From contig CAVWFS010000018.1 in the NCBI GenBank assembly GCA_963754315.1, positions 224,001-288,000 on the forward strand: 64,000 bases of DNA, given 5' to 3'. Positions within the stretch are counted from its first letter, which is position 1. Each line of letters opens with the position of its first letter. Origin of the DNA: an uncultured Candidatus Rokubacteria bacterium (GTDB taxonomy: Bacteria > Methylomirabilota > Methylomirabilia > Rokubacteriales > CSP1-6). Positions 9,740 through 21,297 of the stretch are shown here, piece after piece. The notes under the pieces are model-generated. The model did not search any database and was not told the DNA's origin. It worked only from the letters and a program-made list of their open reading frames with translations. The position numbers and the translations under genes were made by a program.

Positions 9740-11421
9740 TCAGCCAGCTCGTCGGTTGCGAAGCACGCGGCCGGGGAAGGCACCAGTGTGCTTGCCGTGA
9801 TCGAACACCGCTTGACCACCGACGATGACGTGCTCCACACCCTCTGCCCCTTGCACGCGCCGTGGTGATCCGGAAGGCCCGTCGCGGGTAATCTCGTCGT
9901 CCTTCACTCCGATACGCGCCAGGTCGAAGACCATGAGGTCGGCCACCATGCCTTCCCGGACAAGCCCGCGGTCGTTCAGACCCATGATACGGGCGGGCTG
10001 GAAGGTGAAGCGGCGGATCGCGTCCTCCAGGGTGAGCAGCTGGCGCTCGCGCACCCATTCGCCGAGGACATAGCTCGACTCGCCGGCCGTGCAGTAGTTG
10101 GTGTTGAGGTGGGCGCCGGCGTCGGTCTGGGAAGGTATCGCATGCCCGGTCTTCACGTACTCGGCCAGCTCCACGTCCTCCTCGGGCGACCGCGACTGCT
10201 GCAGGAACTCGGTCTCGAGCTTTTCCTCGACGGCGAGATCCAGCATCATGTCGGCCACGTGCTTGCCGTGCGCCTCGGCGAGCTCGGTCAGGCTGCGTCC
10301 CTCTAGCGCCTGGTTCTTGGCGAGAGCCGCCTTGCTGACGATGATCGACTTCCACTTGATGAACCGTCCAGGGACACCTGGCCGTCGCCGCTGGCGCTGC
10401 AGGGCCGCCTCCCGCAACTCCGCCCGCTTCTCGGGATTGGTCAGGAGCGTCATCCGCTCCTCGAAGGGTTTGGCCATCACCACATCCCACACATCGAGGT
10501 TGCCGAAGTAGGTCGTCTTCTTCAGCCGGAATCTCGGATTGAACGGGATGGCCCGGAGCAGGTTGTAGAGCTGGGCGCCCTGGCGGGCTGCCCCCTCCAC
10601 GTAGCCACGCGCGCTCGCGTCGAATCCCAAGAAGAAGACCGGGCGCCCACTCGCCTGCGCCACCTCGAACAAGTGCTGTCGATCAGCCTCGTCGGGCTGG
10701 CCGGCACCGGGCGGCAGGATCTCGATGATGCCGCGGTTGAACTCACCCAAGGTTCGACCGAGAGCGACCCGCTCGTCGTTGGCGGCCAGCCGGGTGGGCA
10801 CCGGCTCTCCGCGCGGACCAGCATGGGTTGGCGAGACCGTGGTGCTCCAGCCCCAGGCTCCATCCGCCAGGGCTCCCCGCAAGAGCTCCTGCATGGTGGC
10901 GATCTCGTCGGCGGTGGCCGGGCGGTCCCAGGCAGCCTTGTCCATGGCGCTCAGGCGCAGAGGATTGTGGCCGACGAGCGGCATCATGTTCACGCCGAGC
11001 CCGATGTCGATCGCATCGAGGTATTCCCCGAAAGTCTCCCAGCTCCAGGTCAGCACGCTGCTGAGCGACCGTATGGGCAGGTCTTCCACGCAGCAGAATG
11101 TGGCCAGCATCGCCTCGCGGTGTTCCGGCCGAAGCGGGGCCAAGGTCAGCCCGCAGTTGCCAGTGAGGACGGTGGTCACCCCGTGCCAGACCGACGACGT
11201 GCACAGCCGGTCCCAGAAGGGCTGGGCATCGTAGTGCGTATGAAGATCGATCACACCCGGCGCCACGAACAGCCCCTCGGCGTCGATCGTAGTGGCGGCC
11301 CCCCTCGTATCTTGCCGATCTCGACGATCGTCCCGTCCTTGACGGCGACATCGCCGCGATAGCGAGAGAATCCCGTTCCGTCGACCACCATGCCGTTCTT
11401 GATCAGCAGGTCGTACGCCAT
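9740..11421 (-). CDS. N-acyl-D-amino-acid deacylase-family amidohydrolase (frameshift near 11300)
   Basis: [16 protein letters not shown]-terminus in one frame; [31 protein letters not shown] and [12 protein letters not shown] in another. Confidence 0.85.
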
Positions 11422-11451
11422 GACGTCTCCTCTGCCTACTCGGGGCTTAGA

Positions 11452-12564
11452 CTACAGTTTGTACAGCCGCGCACAATTGTCCCACAGGACCTTGCGCTTG
11501 CTTGCTTCAGACAGATCCGCCTGACCCAGGAACGAGTCGATGGCGTGCGGAAAGCGCGAGTCGTCGTGGGGCCAGTCGGTCGACAGCACGAGGTTGTCGT
11601 CGCCGACCTCCGTCACCACGTGCTTGGCCAGTTCCTCCTCGGGCTCGACGGACACGAAACACTGGCGTCGGAAGAGCTCGGAGGGCTTGGCATCTTGCTG
11701 GAACAATTCGCGATCGCCCCACTCTTCCCAGCGCTCATCGAGGGCCCACAGCCACCAGGGCAGCCAGCTGCAGTTGCCTTCCAGGAATGCCATCCGCAGG
11801 CGCGGAAAGCGGGACAGCACGCCCCCCGTCACCACGGCGCCCAAGGTGAGCATCATCTCGACCGGCTGCCCGCAGGCATGACTGAGGACAAGGTTGTCGA
11901 GATAACGCTTGGCTAGGTGGTCGGCATAGGCGGCATGGTTGCCGTGGAAGGATACGGCCACGTCCAGCTCCTGGGCGGCTGCCCACAAGGGGTCGTAGTA
12001 ACGGTCGTAGATGGGCCGGCCGTTGATCATGTGCGACGGCAGCACGAGCGTGATGGCCCCCAGATCGTGGACGGCGAAGCGAGCCTCGGCGACGGCGAGA
12101 TCGATGTCTTGAAGAGGCACCAGGGCGGAGGCCTTCAGGCGCTCGGGGCTCTCCGTGCAGAAATCGGCTATCCAGCGGTTCCAGGCGCGACTCATGGCGG
12201 CCGCGAAGGCGGGCTCCAGCCCATCGATGTTGATAGCGTGGGTCGCCCACGTTCGGAACAAGATCCCAACGTCGACTCCCTCGATGTCCATGGCCTCCAC
12301 AACCGACTTGGGCGGCGTGCTTCCCCGACCGAGCCGTTCCCATCCCGGAGCCCGCATGCGGAACGACCAGGCGCGCTCTCGTTCAGGACGGTCGGCGTAG
12401 GGGGGAAGGACCATGCCGTCTACCCGAGCCCGCATCTGCCCCTGGCGATCCGGGATCGTGGTGATGCGGGTGCGGAACTTCGGATCAAGATAGTTGTCCC
12501 ACAGCGTTCCGGGTTCGACGACGTGCAGATCACTGTCCATGACGCGTAAGCCATTCTTGGCCAT
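11452..12564 (-). CDS. Amidohydrolase family protein (Amidohydro_2)
   Basis: DSDLHVVEP, YDPLWAAAQELD, RFPRLRMAFLE, STDWPHDD, LWDNCARLY. Confidence 0.9.
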   Translation of the reverse strand: MAKNGLRVMDSDLHVVEPGTLWDNYLDPKFRTRITTIPDRQGQMRARVDGMVLPPYADRPERERAWSFRMRAPGWERLGRGSTPPKSVVEAMDIEGVDVGILFRTWATHAINIDGLEPAFAAAMSRAWNRWIADFCTESPERLKASALVPLQDIDLAVAEARFAVHDLGAITLVLPSHMINGRPIYDRYYDPLWAAAQELDVAVSFHGNHAAYADHLAKRYLDNLVLSHACGQPVEMMLTLGAVVTGGVLSRFPRLRMAFLEGNCSWLPWWLWALDERWEEWGDRELFQQDAKPSELFRRQCFVSVEPEEELAKHVVTEVGDDNLVLSTDWPHDDSRFPHAIDSFLGQADLSEASKRKVLWDNCARLYKL

Positions 12565-12662
12565 ATCCGTCTCCGGTCAGGGGCCGCTCGAGGAGGCGTT
12601 TTGCCCGTTGTCGGGGCGCTTCCATGAACCAGGCCTGACGGGCCGATTGTAATGCAGTCCGG

Positions 12663-13327
12663 TCAGGGGGGCGCGGTGGTTCTCCCGATCGCCTTGCGCG
12701 CCCACACCACGTACAGTGGGTCGCCGTTACCAGGCGAGCGATCCTCCTTCTTGAGGTCAATCCAGCCGCCTGCGCTCTCGAAATACCTGGCCGACGAGGC
12801 TGAGATGCTGCTGGTCGTCGGTGCCGAGCCAGACGGCCACGGCTTTGGTGTGAAAGCAGCGGTTCGAGAAGGAGACCACGAAAGGGGCCCCGGGCCGCAG
12901 CACACGGCAAACCTCACGAAAGACCAGCAGCGGATGGAGCAGGTACTGGATCGACACCGCGCACATGGCGCCGTGGAACTCTTCGTCGGCAAACGGCAGC
13001 CACGGCTCGCGGTTCAAATCGTGGACGACGTGTCGCGTCAGCTGTGGATTGTCGACCATCTCCTCGGCGTTGAGCCCGAGGCCTACCACGGTGCGCGCCG
13101 GCAGGCCTGGCGGCAGATGACTGCGCCAGCTGCTCATGAGGTCGAGGAGCGGCCCGTGGGCGGGCAGCACGTCGGCATAGGCGTGGCACAGCGCCGCGAT
13201 GGCTCCGTCGTCGATGTGGACAACCTTGCGGGGATGGGCATAGAACTCGGGGTCGGCTCCCTCATCGTCGCGGACGTAGGCGCTCGGCGGAAGCAGATCG
13301 TCTCCTCGCAGATGGTTCGGGGCTCAC
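12663..13327 (-). CDS. Class I SAM-dependent methyltransferase (frameshifted near 12790 and near the 5' end)
   Basis: DPEFYAHPRKVVHIDDGAI, LDLMSSWRSHLP, VSIQYL, SFSNRCF, DPLYVVWA; start coordinate approximate. Confidence 0.75.
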
Positions 13328-13346
13328 CGTGGGCCCGCCGTGGAAG

Positions 13347-14309
13347 TCAATACAGGTGACAGGCTGTGAAGCGCCCTGGCTTCACCTCTTGCCACGACGG
13401 CTCTTCGCTTCGGCACTGCGGCATCGCCCGAGGACACCGGGGATGGAAGCGACAGCCGGGCGGTAGATTCATGGGATTGGCCACCTCGCCGGCCAGGACG
13501 ATGCGCTGGCGTTTCGCCGACGGATGCAGGGGAAGGGCCGCCGACAGGAGCGCCTCCGTGTAAGGATGCAACGGCGTCGTGTAGACACCATCGCACTCTC
13601 CGGTCTCCACGAGCTTGCCCGCGTACATCACGGCGAGACGCGTGGCGAGGTAGCGGGCGGCCGCCAGATCGTGCGAGATCATGATGTAGGCGAGGCCCAG
13701 CCGGTCCTGCAGCCCCTTCAGGAGATTGAGTATCTGGGCCCGGATGGAGACGTCGAGAGCCGAGACCGGCTCGTCGAGCATGATGAACTTGGGATAGGTC
13801 ACCAGAGCGCGGGCAATGGCGATGCGCTGGCGCTGGCCGCCGCTGAACTCGTGGGGATAGAGGGCGGCGCTGGCGCGTCGAAGGCCCACCAGCTCCAGGA
13901 CTTCGCCGACCCGCTCCCGCACGGTGGCGCGGCTGCTGGTACCGTTCTCCCGGGGAAGCGGTTCGGCCACGATTTGCTCGATGCGCATCCGGGGATTCAA
14001 GGAGCTGTACGGATCCTGAAACACGGCCTGGACCGAGCGGCGATATCGCGCGAAGTCGGCACGACCGAAGTCCCGCACCTCCTTGCCGTCGAGGAGCAAA
14101 GATCCCTCGGTGGGTCGTTCCAGGAGCAAAAAGAGCCGGGCCAGAGTGCTCTTGCCGGACCCCGATTCGCCGACGATGCCCAGGGTCTCGCCCTCGGCCA
14201 CCTGAACGCTGACCCCGTCGACGGCTTTGATCCAGCCGCGCACGCCAGCCACCCCGAAGCCTCCCGTCACCGGAAAGTGCTTCTTCAGGCCGACACCTTG
14301 CAGCACCAT
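13347..14309 (-). CDS. Oligopeptide/dipeptide ABC transporter ATP-binding protein (DppF/OppF-like)
   Basis: GESGSGKST, YPHEFSGGQRQR, LDEPVSALD, HPYT...GCRFHPRC. Confidence 0.95.
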   Translation of the reverse strand: MVLQGVGLKKHFPVTGGFGVAGVRGWIKAVDGVSVQVAEGETLGIVGESGSGKSTLARLFLLLERPTEGSLLLDGKEVRDFGRADFARYRRSVQAVFQDPYSSLNPRMRIEQIVAEPLPRENGTSSRATVRERVGEVLELVGLRRASAALYPHEFSGGQRQRIAIARALVTYPKFIMLDEPVSALDVSIRAQILNLLKGLQDRLGLAYIMISHDLAAARYLATRLAVMYAGKLVETGECDGVYTTPLHPYTEALLSAALPLHPSAKRQRIVLAGEVANPMNLPPGCRFHPRCPRAMPQCRSEEPSWQEVKPGRFTACHLY

Positions 14310-14310
14310 T

Positions 14311-15304
14311 TCAGTTGTGCGCCCCCGGCGCGGGGGCGAACCAACAGTGCGCGGTATGCCCGCTTTCCACGGACACCATCGCCGGAAACGCCTCGTCGCA
14401 GACGGGCTGGCGCAGGGGGCAGCGGGGGGCGAAGGCGCAGCCGGGCGGGAGGCGAGCCAGATCGGGAGGCTGTCCCCCGATCTCGATCAGCTGTTGACGC
14501 TTCAGCTCGACATCAGGCAAGCAACTCAGAAGCGCTCGCGTGTAGGGATGCGCGGGCGTATTGAAGACCTGCAAGGTGCTGCCCATCTCCACGATCTTCC
14601 CCGCATACATCACGGCCACCCGGTCCGCGTTGGCGGCCACGATCCCGAAGTCGTGGGTGACCAGGATGACGGCCACCCCGGCTTCGCGCTGCACTTCCTT
14701 GAGCAGCTCCAGGTACTGCGCCTGGATGGTGACGTCCAGGGACGTGGTGGGCTCGTCCGCGATGAGCAGGCGCGGCGCGCATGACAGAGCGATGGCGCTC
14801 GAGACACGCTGCCGCATCCCTCCGCTGAATTGATGCGGGTATTGCCGCAGGCGCGTGTCGGGGGCGGAGATACGAAGGCGCGAGAGCGCTTCCCGTACCC
14901 GCCCCCGCAGGGAATCCCCGCGCAGCGCCTGATGCAGTCGCACGACCTCGCTGACCTGGGTGCCGACGGTGAGGGACGGGTTGAGCGAGGTCATTGGGTC
15001 CTGCAGCACCATGGCGATCTGCTTGCCTCGCACATGTCGCATGTCGGCCGGACTCTTCTGGAGCAGATCCTCGCCCTGGAAAAGCACGCGGCCGCCCACG
15101 ATCCGTCCGGCCGGCTCGGGAACGAGCCGCACCAGCGACAGACACGTTACCGACTTGCCCGAGCCCGACTCTCCCACCAGGGCCAGGGTCTCCCCGGCGT
15201 TCAAGGTGAAGCTGACTCCGTCCACGGCCTTGGTGACGCCCTGGCGGGTGAAGAAATACGTCTTGAGATCCTCCACGACCAGCAGGGGGCCGGACTCGGC
15301 TCAT
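14311..15304 (-). CDS. Oligopeptide/dipeptide ABC transporter ATP-binding protein (DppD/OppD-like)
   Basis: GESGSGKS, YPHQFSGGMRQR, ADEPTTSLD, GCAFAPRC; the ATG at 15304 is one base out of frame with the body (likely indel). Confidence 0.93.
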
Positions 15305-15312
15305 TCGCGTTC

Positions 15313-16845
15313 CTATTTGCCCTTCAGCTTTAGATCTTCGTAGGGAGCGGAGAACGCGTAGCCGGCGATGAGGCCGAGCCCCGACTCCTCGATCCTCGGG
15401 CCGACGCCGTTGAGGCCGGCGTTGAGCCAGATCGGCGCGAACATCACCTTGTCGTGAATCAGTTGCTGGATTCGCTCGAGCGTCGCCGATCGCCGCTTTG
15501 GTTCTAGCTCGCTGGCTTGCTCCCGGAAGAGCCCGTCGATGTCGGAATAGCTCCCGTAGGCGTAGGTGCCGCCCGCCGCGACGAAGGCCTCGATCCGCGT
15601 GGCCGCGTTCCCGAAGGCGCCGCTGGCGCCCTGAATCAGCCCTTTGTATTTCTTTTCCGCATAGCCCTTGAAGAAGGCCGCCCGCTCTAGCGGCCGGAGC
15701 CTGGCCTGCACCCCGGCCCCCCGCAGATAGTTGAGGATGGGTTCGGCGATGTTGGTGAAGGCCACGTCGCACGTATAGTCTCCGGCGTCGAAACCGTTGG
15801 GATACCCGGCCTCCGCCAGGAGCTGTCGCGCTCGGCCGGGATCGTAGGGGTGGCCCGGTGGCTGCCAGTAGTATTCGAAGCTCCTCGGGATGATGCTCCA
15901 CGTCACCTTGGCGAAGCCCAGGAGCTCGGCCTGGTTCACGGCGGCCCGGTCGATAGCCAGGTTGGTGGCTAGCCGCACGCGCCGGTCGTGCCATGGCGAC
16001 TTCGGGTCCCACTGGTCGGGGAAGTACAACCAGAAGGTAGCCTGCCCCACGACGGGCCTCAGAGTCAGCCCGGGTGTACGTCGAAGCTGCTCGGCCAGCT
16101 CGCCGCGGACTGAGTAGGCCACGTCCACCTCACCCCGCCTGAGGGCGGCCAGCCGGGTGGACTCGTCGGGGATAGCCTTGAGCACCAGGCGCTTCACGCT
16201 CGGCGGTTTGCGCCAGTACTGATCGAAGGCCTCGAGGACGAGCTCCACACCCGGCGTGAAGGAGACGAACTTGTAGGGGCCGGCGCCGACGGGCGCCTTC
16301 TTGAAGCCGTCGTCGCCCACCTTCTCGACGTACTTCTTGGGCACGATCCAGCCGGCGCCGGTGGCTTCTGTGTAGAAGGTCATGAAGTCCGGCCACGGCT
16401 GCTTGAGGCGGATGCGCACGCGGGTCGCATCCGGCGTCTCGATCGCCGCCACCCGCTCCTTGAGCGTCTTGTGGGCGGCGCCCCGGTAGCGCTCGAGCGA
16501 GAACTTGACATCCTCGGCGGTGAGGGGGTCGCCATTGTGGAACTTCACCCCCCGCCGCAGCACGAAGTCGTAGACGAGCCCATCGGGGGACGCGCTCCAC
16601 GACTCGGCCAGACTCGGAGCCATCGGGTTGCCCGGCATCGGCTTCACCAGCGCATCGTGCAGGGCGTACAGCAACATGTACGGCGTGATGATGCCGGACG
16701 TCTCCGCGGGGTCGAACCACGTCGGGGCGAGCGAGACGTGAACGGCCCAGGTGATCTGACCCTCCGGCGTAGCGCCCGCGGGCGCGGAAATGGCTGAGAC
16801 GAGAAGGACGAGCGACGCGGCCAAGAGTCCCCGAACGTATCTCAT
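15313..16845 (-). CDS. ABC transporter substrate-binding protein, family 5
   Basis: Signal peptide MRYVRGLLAASLVLL; LAESWS, GVKFHNGDPLTAEDVKFS, PVGAGPYKF; AAGGAGG RBS. Confidence 0.92.
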   Translation of the reverse strand: MRYVRGLLAASLVLLVSAISAPAGATPEGQITWAVHVSLAPTWFDPAETSGIITPYMLLYALHDALVKPMPGNPMAPSLAESWSASPDGLVYDFVLRRGVKFHNGDPLTAEDVKFSLERYRGAAHKTLKERVAAIETPDATRVRIRLKQPWPDFMTFYTEATGAGWIVPKKYVEKVGDDGFKKAPVGAGPYKFVSFTPGVELVLEAFDQYWRKPPSVKRLVLKAIPDESTRLAALRRGEVDVAYSVRGELAEQLRRTPGLTLRPVVGQATFWLYFPDQWDPKSPWHDRRVRLATNLAIDRAAVNQAELLGFAKVTWSIIPRSFEYYWQPPGHPYDPGRARQLLAEAGYPNGFDAGDYTCDVAFTNIAEPILNYLRGAGVQARLRPLERAAFFKGYAEKKYKGLIQGASGAFGNAATRIEAFVAAGGTYAYGSYSDIDGLFREQASELEPKRRSATLERIQQLIHDKVMFAPIWLNAGLNGVGPRIEESGLGLIAGYAFSAPYEDLKLKGK

Positions 16846-16859
16846 GGAACCCTCCTTGC

Positions 16860-18387
16860 TCACTTGCCCTTGAGCTTCACATCCTCGTAAGGGGCGGAGA
16901 ACGCCCAGCTCGTGATGAGGCCCAGGCCCGACTCGGCCACCCGCGGGCCGGAGGCGTGGATGAAGCCGAGCTCCCAGATGGGAGCGTACATGGCCTTCTC
17001 GTGCATGAGCTGCTGGATCCGGTTGAGCATCGCCTCCCGCCGCTTGCGGTCGAGCTCGTTGGCCTGTTCGCGGAAGAGCCCATCGATGTCGGGATAGCTT
17101 CCGTAGACGAAGGGGCCGCCGGCAGCCACGAAGGTTCCCGAGGCGGGTGGCCGCGTTCCCGAAGGCGCCGCTCAGGCTGTAGACGACATTCTTCAGTTGC
17201 TTCTCCCCGTAGCCCTTGAAGAAGGCCGCCCGCTCGAGCGGCCTGACCTTCACGCGGATCCCGGCCGCTTGAAGGTAGCCCCCCACCGCCTCACTCATGG
17301 TGGCGGTGGCCGCATCGCACCAGAGGTCGCCGGCATCGAACCCTTTCGGATAGCCGGCCTCGGCCAGGAGTTGCTTGGCCTTGGCGGGATCGTAGGGGTA
17401 AGCAGGCGGCTGCCAGAAGAAGTCGAAGCTCTGGGGGATGATGCTCCAGGTGATCCTGGAGAATCCCAGGGTGATGGCCTCGTTGACGGCCTGACGATTA
17501 ATTGCGTGATTGGCGGCCAGGCGTACCCGCTGGTCGGCCCACGGTGACTTCGGATCCCACTGGTCAGCGAAGACGAGCCAGTGCGTCGACACAATGGGGG
17601 TAGGGCGCAGGGTGAGCCCCGGGCTGCGTTTTACCTCTTCGGCCAGCTCGCCCTGAAGCAGGTAGATGACGTCGGCCTCGCCGCGCTTGAGCATGGCCAG
17701 ACGCGTGGCTTCGTCGGGGACCACCTTGAACACCAGCCGTTTGACGCTGGGGACCTTCCGCCAGTACTGCTCCTGGGCCTCCAGCACAAGCTCCACCCCA
17801 GGATTGAAGGAGACGAACCGATAGGGCCCCGCCCCCACCGGTGCCTTTTTGAAGCCGTCGTCGCCGACCTTCTCCAGGTACTTTCGTGGGACGACCCAGC
17901 CGGCACCGGTGCTGAGGCTTCCGTAGTAAGTCATGAAGTCAGGCCACGGCTCCTTGAGTCGGAAGCGGACGCGCTGGGGATCCACGGTCTCCACCACCGC
18001 CATCTTCTCCTTCAGAAGCTTGGCGGCCGCCCCCCGATAGCGTTCGAAGGAAAACTTCACATCGTCGGCGGTGACGGGATCACCGTTGTGGAACTTCACG
18101 CCCTGGCGGAGGACGAACTCGTAGACGAGGCCGTCCTTCGAGGCGGACCACGATTCGGCCAGGCTGGGTGCCATGGCGTTGCCAGGCAGCGGCTTCACCA
18201 GCGCGTCGTGCAGAGCGTAGAGGACCAGGAAAGGGGTGGCGATCCCCGGGGTCTCGGCGGGGTCGAACCAGGTCGGGGCAAGCGAGATGTGAAGGGCCCA
18301 GGTCATCTGACCTTCCGGCGCGGCCGTGGCTGGTGCCGAGGCGACGAGGATTCCGAGAAGAGCGACGAGGACTGACAGATGTTTCAT
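16860..18387 (-). CDS. ABC transporter substrate-binding protein, family 5 (frameshift near 17140)
   Basis: Signal peptide MKHLSVLVALLGIL; paralogous to the downstream SBP; C-terminus (APYEDVKLKGK*) lies in ORF 16860..17129. Confidence 0.88.
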
Positions 18388-18429
18388 CGATCGTCTCCCT
18401 TGACGTCGCGCTGAGATCGAGTCCCGCTC

Positions 18430-19104
18430 CTACAAAGGCTCCGTATGGCCCCACACGATGGCCAGCACGGTGGCGCCATTCTTGGTGGTCACCGTGTGCA
18501 CGCAACCGTTGGGTCGATAGTTCATGTTGCCGGTGGTTACCGGACCAGATTCGTCGGCGTTGGCTCCTTCGATGAGGAAGATCAGCTCATCCCCCACGTG
18601 GCGATGACGGGCGAGGGTGGCGCCTGGCTCGAAGCGCGCCAGGATCGCCCGCCGCTGGTTGACCGGGTCGTCCCAGATCTTCTTCTGTCGCACTCCGGGA
18701 CGGGTCTCCACCCAGGGCAGGTCGCTCACGGTGAAGATCTGCGAGGGCGGAGCACTGCCTCGCTCGGTGACGGGTTCGATGCCGCCAGTGAGGATGGCCA
18801 GCACGGTGGCACCGTGCCGGGCGGAGACGGTATGAACGCAGCCGTGGGGACGGTACCCCATGTTGCCCGCCGTCACCGTCCCGAACTCATCGGTGATAGC
18901 GCCCTCGATGACGAAAACGAGCTCATCGCCGACGTGGCGGTGGAAAGGCAGCTTGGCGTCGGGCTCGATGCGGGTCATGAGAGCCCGCCGCTTGGTTTCT
19001 GGATGCTCCCAGATGCTCTTCATCCGGACTCCAGGCTGCCGCTCCTGCCAGGGAAGATCGCTGAGGGTGATGATCTCGGACAACGGCGTCTTTGTCGTCG
19101 TCAT
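18430..19104 (-). CDS. Tandem cupin (ChrR/cupin_7-like) protein
   Basis: Two repeats of HRHVGDEL..(V/L)IEG...YRP.GCVHTV; AAAGGA RBS before ATG 19104. Confidence 0.8.
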   Translation of the reverse strand: MTTTKTPLSEIITLSDLPWQERQPGVRMKSIWEHPETKRRALMTRIEPDAKLPFHRHVGDELVFVIEGAITDEFGTVTAGNMGYRPHGCVHTVSARHGATVLAILTGGIEPVTERGSAPPSQIFTVSDLPWVETRPGVRQKKIWDDPVNQRRAILARFEPGATLARHRHVGDELIFLIEGANADESGPVTTGNMNYRPNGCVHTVTTKNGATVLAIVWGHTEPL

Positions 19105-19346
19105 GCTGGTCCTTTCCGGGTTGCGCCCCGTGAGATCAGGGAGAGTGCACGGTGACCTGCTTGCACTCGCGTTCCGACGCATCCTTCGAGGTGAGAGTCC
19201 TCACCCCCGACGAGCCCCACATCAGCGCCACTTCGAGCAGGGCGTGTGCGAAATTGGCCAAGCGTAAGGCGATGCTGGCGAGGGGTCAAGTCAACGTTGG
19301 CACCCGTTGCGGGTGCGTGTCCACTCAGCCTGGAACGAGGACGAGA

Positions 19347-20930
19347 TCACTCATACAAATGCCTGGGGAAGCTCTGCCTCCGCCTGCGCAAGCCAGTAGC
19401 GCATGTCCATCTCGCGGTACATGCGTGGCGGTGCTGAGATGCTCGCAGGCGTTCCCCGGCCGAAGCGCCCGTGGAGCTTCCGAGGCCGGTGCATGGCTCG
19501 AGGGTCGTAGTCGCGCGGCTCGGCCAGGACCAGGGCCTGGCGGTAGTGGGCCTCGCCGCCTCGGAGTCGAACTGGTCGGGATGGATCGCGATGTCGCTGA
19601 GCAGGTGTAGCGCGTGGGCAGCGAACCCGTGGTGGCCGGGGGAGGATTCGATGGCACGCTCCCCCAGACCCCGCGCCTCCTCGAGCCGGCCCAGCAGCAG
19701 CGAGGTGCGACCGAGCGACTGATCGGCCCAACCACGAAAGCCCACCACCCCACTGGCCGCCAAACGCTCACCGAGCTCTCGGCCTTCCTGGAGCCGGTTG
19801 TGCGCCTCGTTCGCGTCACCGAGCTGGGCGAGCACCCACGTGGACGAGGCGATCGTCGTACGGAGAAACATCAGCGCATGTCCCGCTCGAAACACGGCCA
19901 GGCCGCGCTCGATCGCGGGCGCGCCCGTCCTCAGTCACCATTGATGAGGTTGCACGCCGGCGGCGAGGGCGCCAGCCGACGGGCGCAGGCTGCGCGCCAG
20001 AACGAGGCCGAGGGCTTCGGCCTCGTAGACAGCGGGCTCGCTGAATCTGCCCAGACGGGCGAGGCTGTGAACGAGCCAACAGCGATCGTCGAGACCGACG
20101 CGGGGGCGACGTTGCCGAAGGACTCGTAGATCAGTCGGCCGGCAACGCCGCCAGGTTGTGGGTGGCCAGCGCGACCAGCCACGCTCGTAATCGCCCCGGA
20201 AGAAATGCGCCTGTTCGAGATAGGTGGTGGTGACGAGGCGGAGGCCTCAAGTCGCCGAGACGGTGCGCGATCTCCAGCGCGCGCTCACCGGTTCCGAGCG
20301 CTTCCTCGAGTTCGCCAAGGTTGTTATAGGCGGTGGTCATAAACGCGCAGACACGCCCGCGCCGGTGATCGTCGTTCGAGCCGTTCGGCCAGCACCTCCG
20401 CTTCGCGCAACTGGGCGAGGGCCAGCCGGATCTCCCCGAGCTGGGCGAGCCGTAGCGCGCCGCAAGGCGTGATCCTCGTGCGCGAGGGGGGCGCCAGAGA
20501 AGGCCATGATGCCGCCGCCGATCCGCGTGGTTGACGGTGCCCGCGTAATGCTGGACGGCCTCCATCATCCGCTCGAGTGGCGGATAGAGGATCCGGCGCG
20601 CCTCCTCCGGATCGCGGTCGGCAAGTAGCTCCATCGAGCCCTTGAGGTCGGCGAACCACAGCGTGACCTGTTTACGATCCCCTCGAGGGCTACGCCGGAG
20701 CTCAAGATGCGCTCGGCGAGATGCTCGGGGACTTACGCGCGAGGGGAGGCGAAGCGGTCCGGCGAGGCGGGCTGCGGCAACCGCGCTGCGCCACACGCTC
20801 CGCAGAACTTCATACCGGGCGTACCTCTGCCGCCGCAGGAGGCACAGCCGGCTGGCCAGGCGCGTCCGCAGTCCTCGCGGAACATGAGGCCGTGGCGGTT
20901 CTCCGCTTGGCAGCCAGGGGCACGTCATGG
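19347..20930 (-). pseudogene. Degraded zinc-ribbon adenylate/guanylate cyclase-AAA-TPR gene
   Basis: Fragments across several frames: Cys-rich start, DRKQVTLWFADLKGSMELLADRDPEEAR, TPR-like AHALHLLSDIA, REMDMRYWLAQAEAEL; much shorter than typical intact members. Confidence 0.75.
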
Positions 20931-21031
20931 GCGCATCAGCCGGTCTTGGCGACCGCACGGATCGGGCGTCATGTCCCTGGATGTGTGACCATCGGCCAGT
21001 CCTCGCGTATATCATAGGAATACTGGACATA

Positions 21032-21050
21032 CCTGATCATGATACTCAGG
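21032..21050. promoter_or_regulatory. Candidate antitoxin operator (inverted repeat CCTGA-n9-TCAGG around palindrome ATCATGAT)
   Basis: Sits 10 bp upstream of the antitoxin ATG and overlaps the AGGAGG RBS. Confidence 0.4.
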
Positions 21051-21060
21051 AGGAATATCG

Positions 21061-21297
21061 ATGAGCGTCATCTCCCTCAAGCTACCTGACGACCTGCTGG
21101 AGGCGAGTAATCGCTGCGCAATCGCGCTGAAGCTGTCGCGGGCGGCGTACATCCGGCGAGCCGTGGAGCGCATGAACCGGGAGACGCAGGCCCGGCTCCG
21201 GGCCCGCCGGCTCGCCGACGCGTCGCAAAGGGTCCGCGCCGAGAGCATGAAGGTCAACGCCGAGTTCGCTGCCGTCGAGCGCGTCCCGGATGCTTAG
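21061..21297 (+). CDS. CopG/ribbon-helix-helix antitoxin
   Basis: ISLKLPDDLL...LSRAAYIRRAV RHH pattern; overlaps the toxin start. Confidence 0.8.
   Translation: MSVISLKLPDDLLEASNRCAIALKLSRAAYIRRAVERMNRETQARLRARRLADASQRVRAESMKVNAEFAAVERVPDA

Noticed and set aside
15313..18387. 1024-aa double substrate-binding-protein fusion in the ORF track
   Set aside because: A frameshift near 17140 bridges two genes; the first SBP's true C-terminus and stop are in ORF 16860..17129, and the second has its own RBS and signal peptide
19298..19310. Sigma54 promoter-like TGGCAC...TTGC
   Set aside because: The spacer is 3 nt instead of the required 5
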